Shown here piece after piece: positions 35,920-35,997 of a DNA stretch of 35,997 nt; position 1 is the stretch's first letter, and every line of letters begins with the position of its first letter. Origin of the DNA: Polymyxa betae A26-41 (taxonomy: Eukaryota > Protista > Endomyxa: Phytomyxea). The stretch spans positions 1 to 35,997 of the forward strand of contig RBZT01000979.1 in assembly GCA_003693705.1 (NCBI GenBank), in the 5' to 3' direction. The notes beneath the pieces are model-generated. The model was given only the letters and a program-made list of their open reading frames with translations, was not told where the DNA came from and made no database searches. Made by a program: the position numbers and the translations under genes.

Positions 35920-35997
35920 GATAGAGCTCATATGTAGAGAGATGTTGGGTTGTGATTGATATAGAGCTCATATATAGAGAGATGTTGGGTTATGATT
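35920..35997. repeat. ~40-bp minisatellite running off the window end
   Basis: gatagagctcatatgtagagagatgttgggttgtgatt followed by gatatagagctcatatatagagagatgttgggttatgatt. Confidence 0.85.

Noticed and set aside
35920-35997. Repeat as a CRISPR array or telomere
   Set aside because: Head-to-tail units without spacers, and no short telomeric unit.
1-35997. Non-standard genetic code to explain the fragmented ORFs
   Set aside because: The breaks I traced resolve as short GT-AG introns, and TAA, TAG and TGA all act as stops.

Overview
Compact, AT-rich, gene-dense eukaryotic nuclear DNA with many ~45-60 nt GT-AG introns, so the ORF track mostly shows exon fragments. Centriole and flagellar genes (SAS-4, DRC10/IQCD-like, CFAP69) imply a flagellated stage. 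The architecture would fit a plasmodiophorid-type protist, but that assignment is inference only. About 20 genes can be reconstructed: ZCCHC10-like, a tandem dual-specificity phosphatase, a DAG-lipase-like class 3 lipase, aprataxin, RPS13, a USP12/46-like protease, an orphan, an LRR receptor-like membrane protein hidden in micro-exons, DRC10, the FEX fluoride exporter plus a decayed tandem copy, a secreted Kelch-EGF protein, a FabG/CBR4-like SDR, eIF3j, an RCC1-repeat protein, ABCF3 with a Tudor-like insert, ZNHIT3, a short SAS-4, a Mic12/13-like protein and CFAP69. A 621-bp Tc1/mariner-type MITE (26-bp perfect TIRs, TA duplication) lies near the left end, apparently inside a greatly expanded intron. 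All gene models and family calls were made by eye, without database searches.
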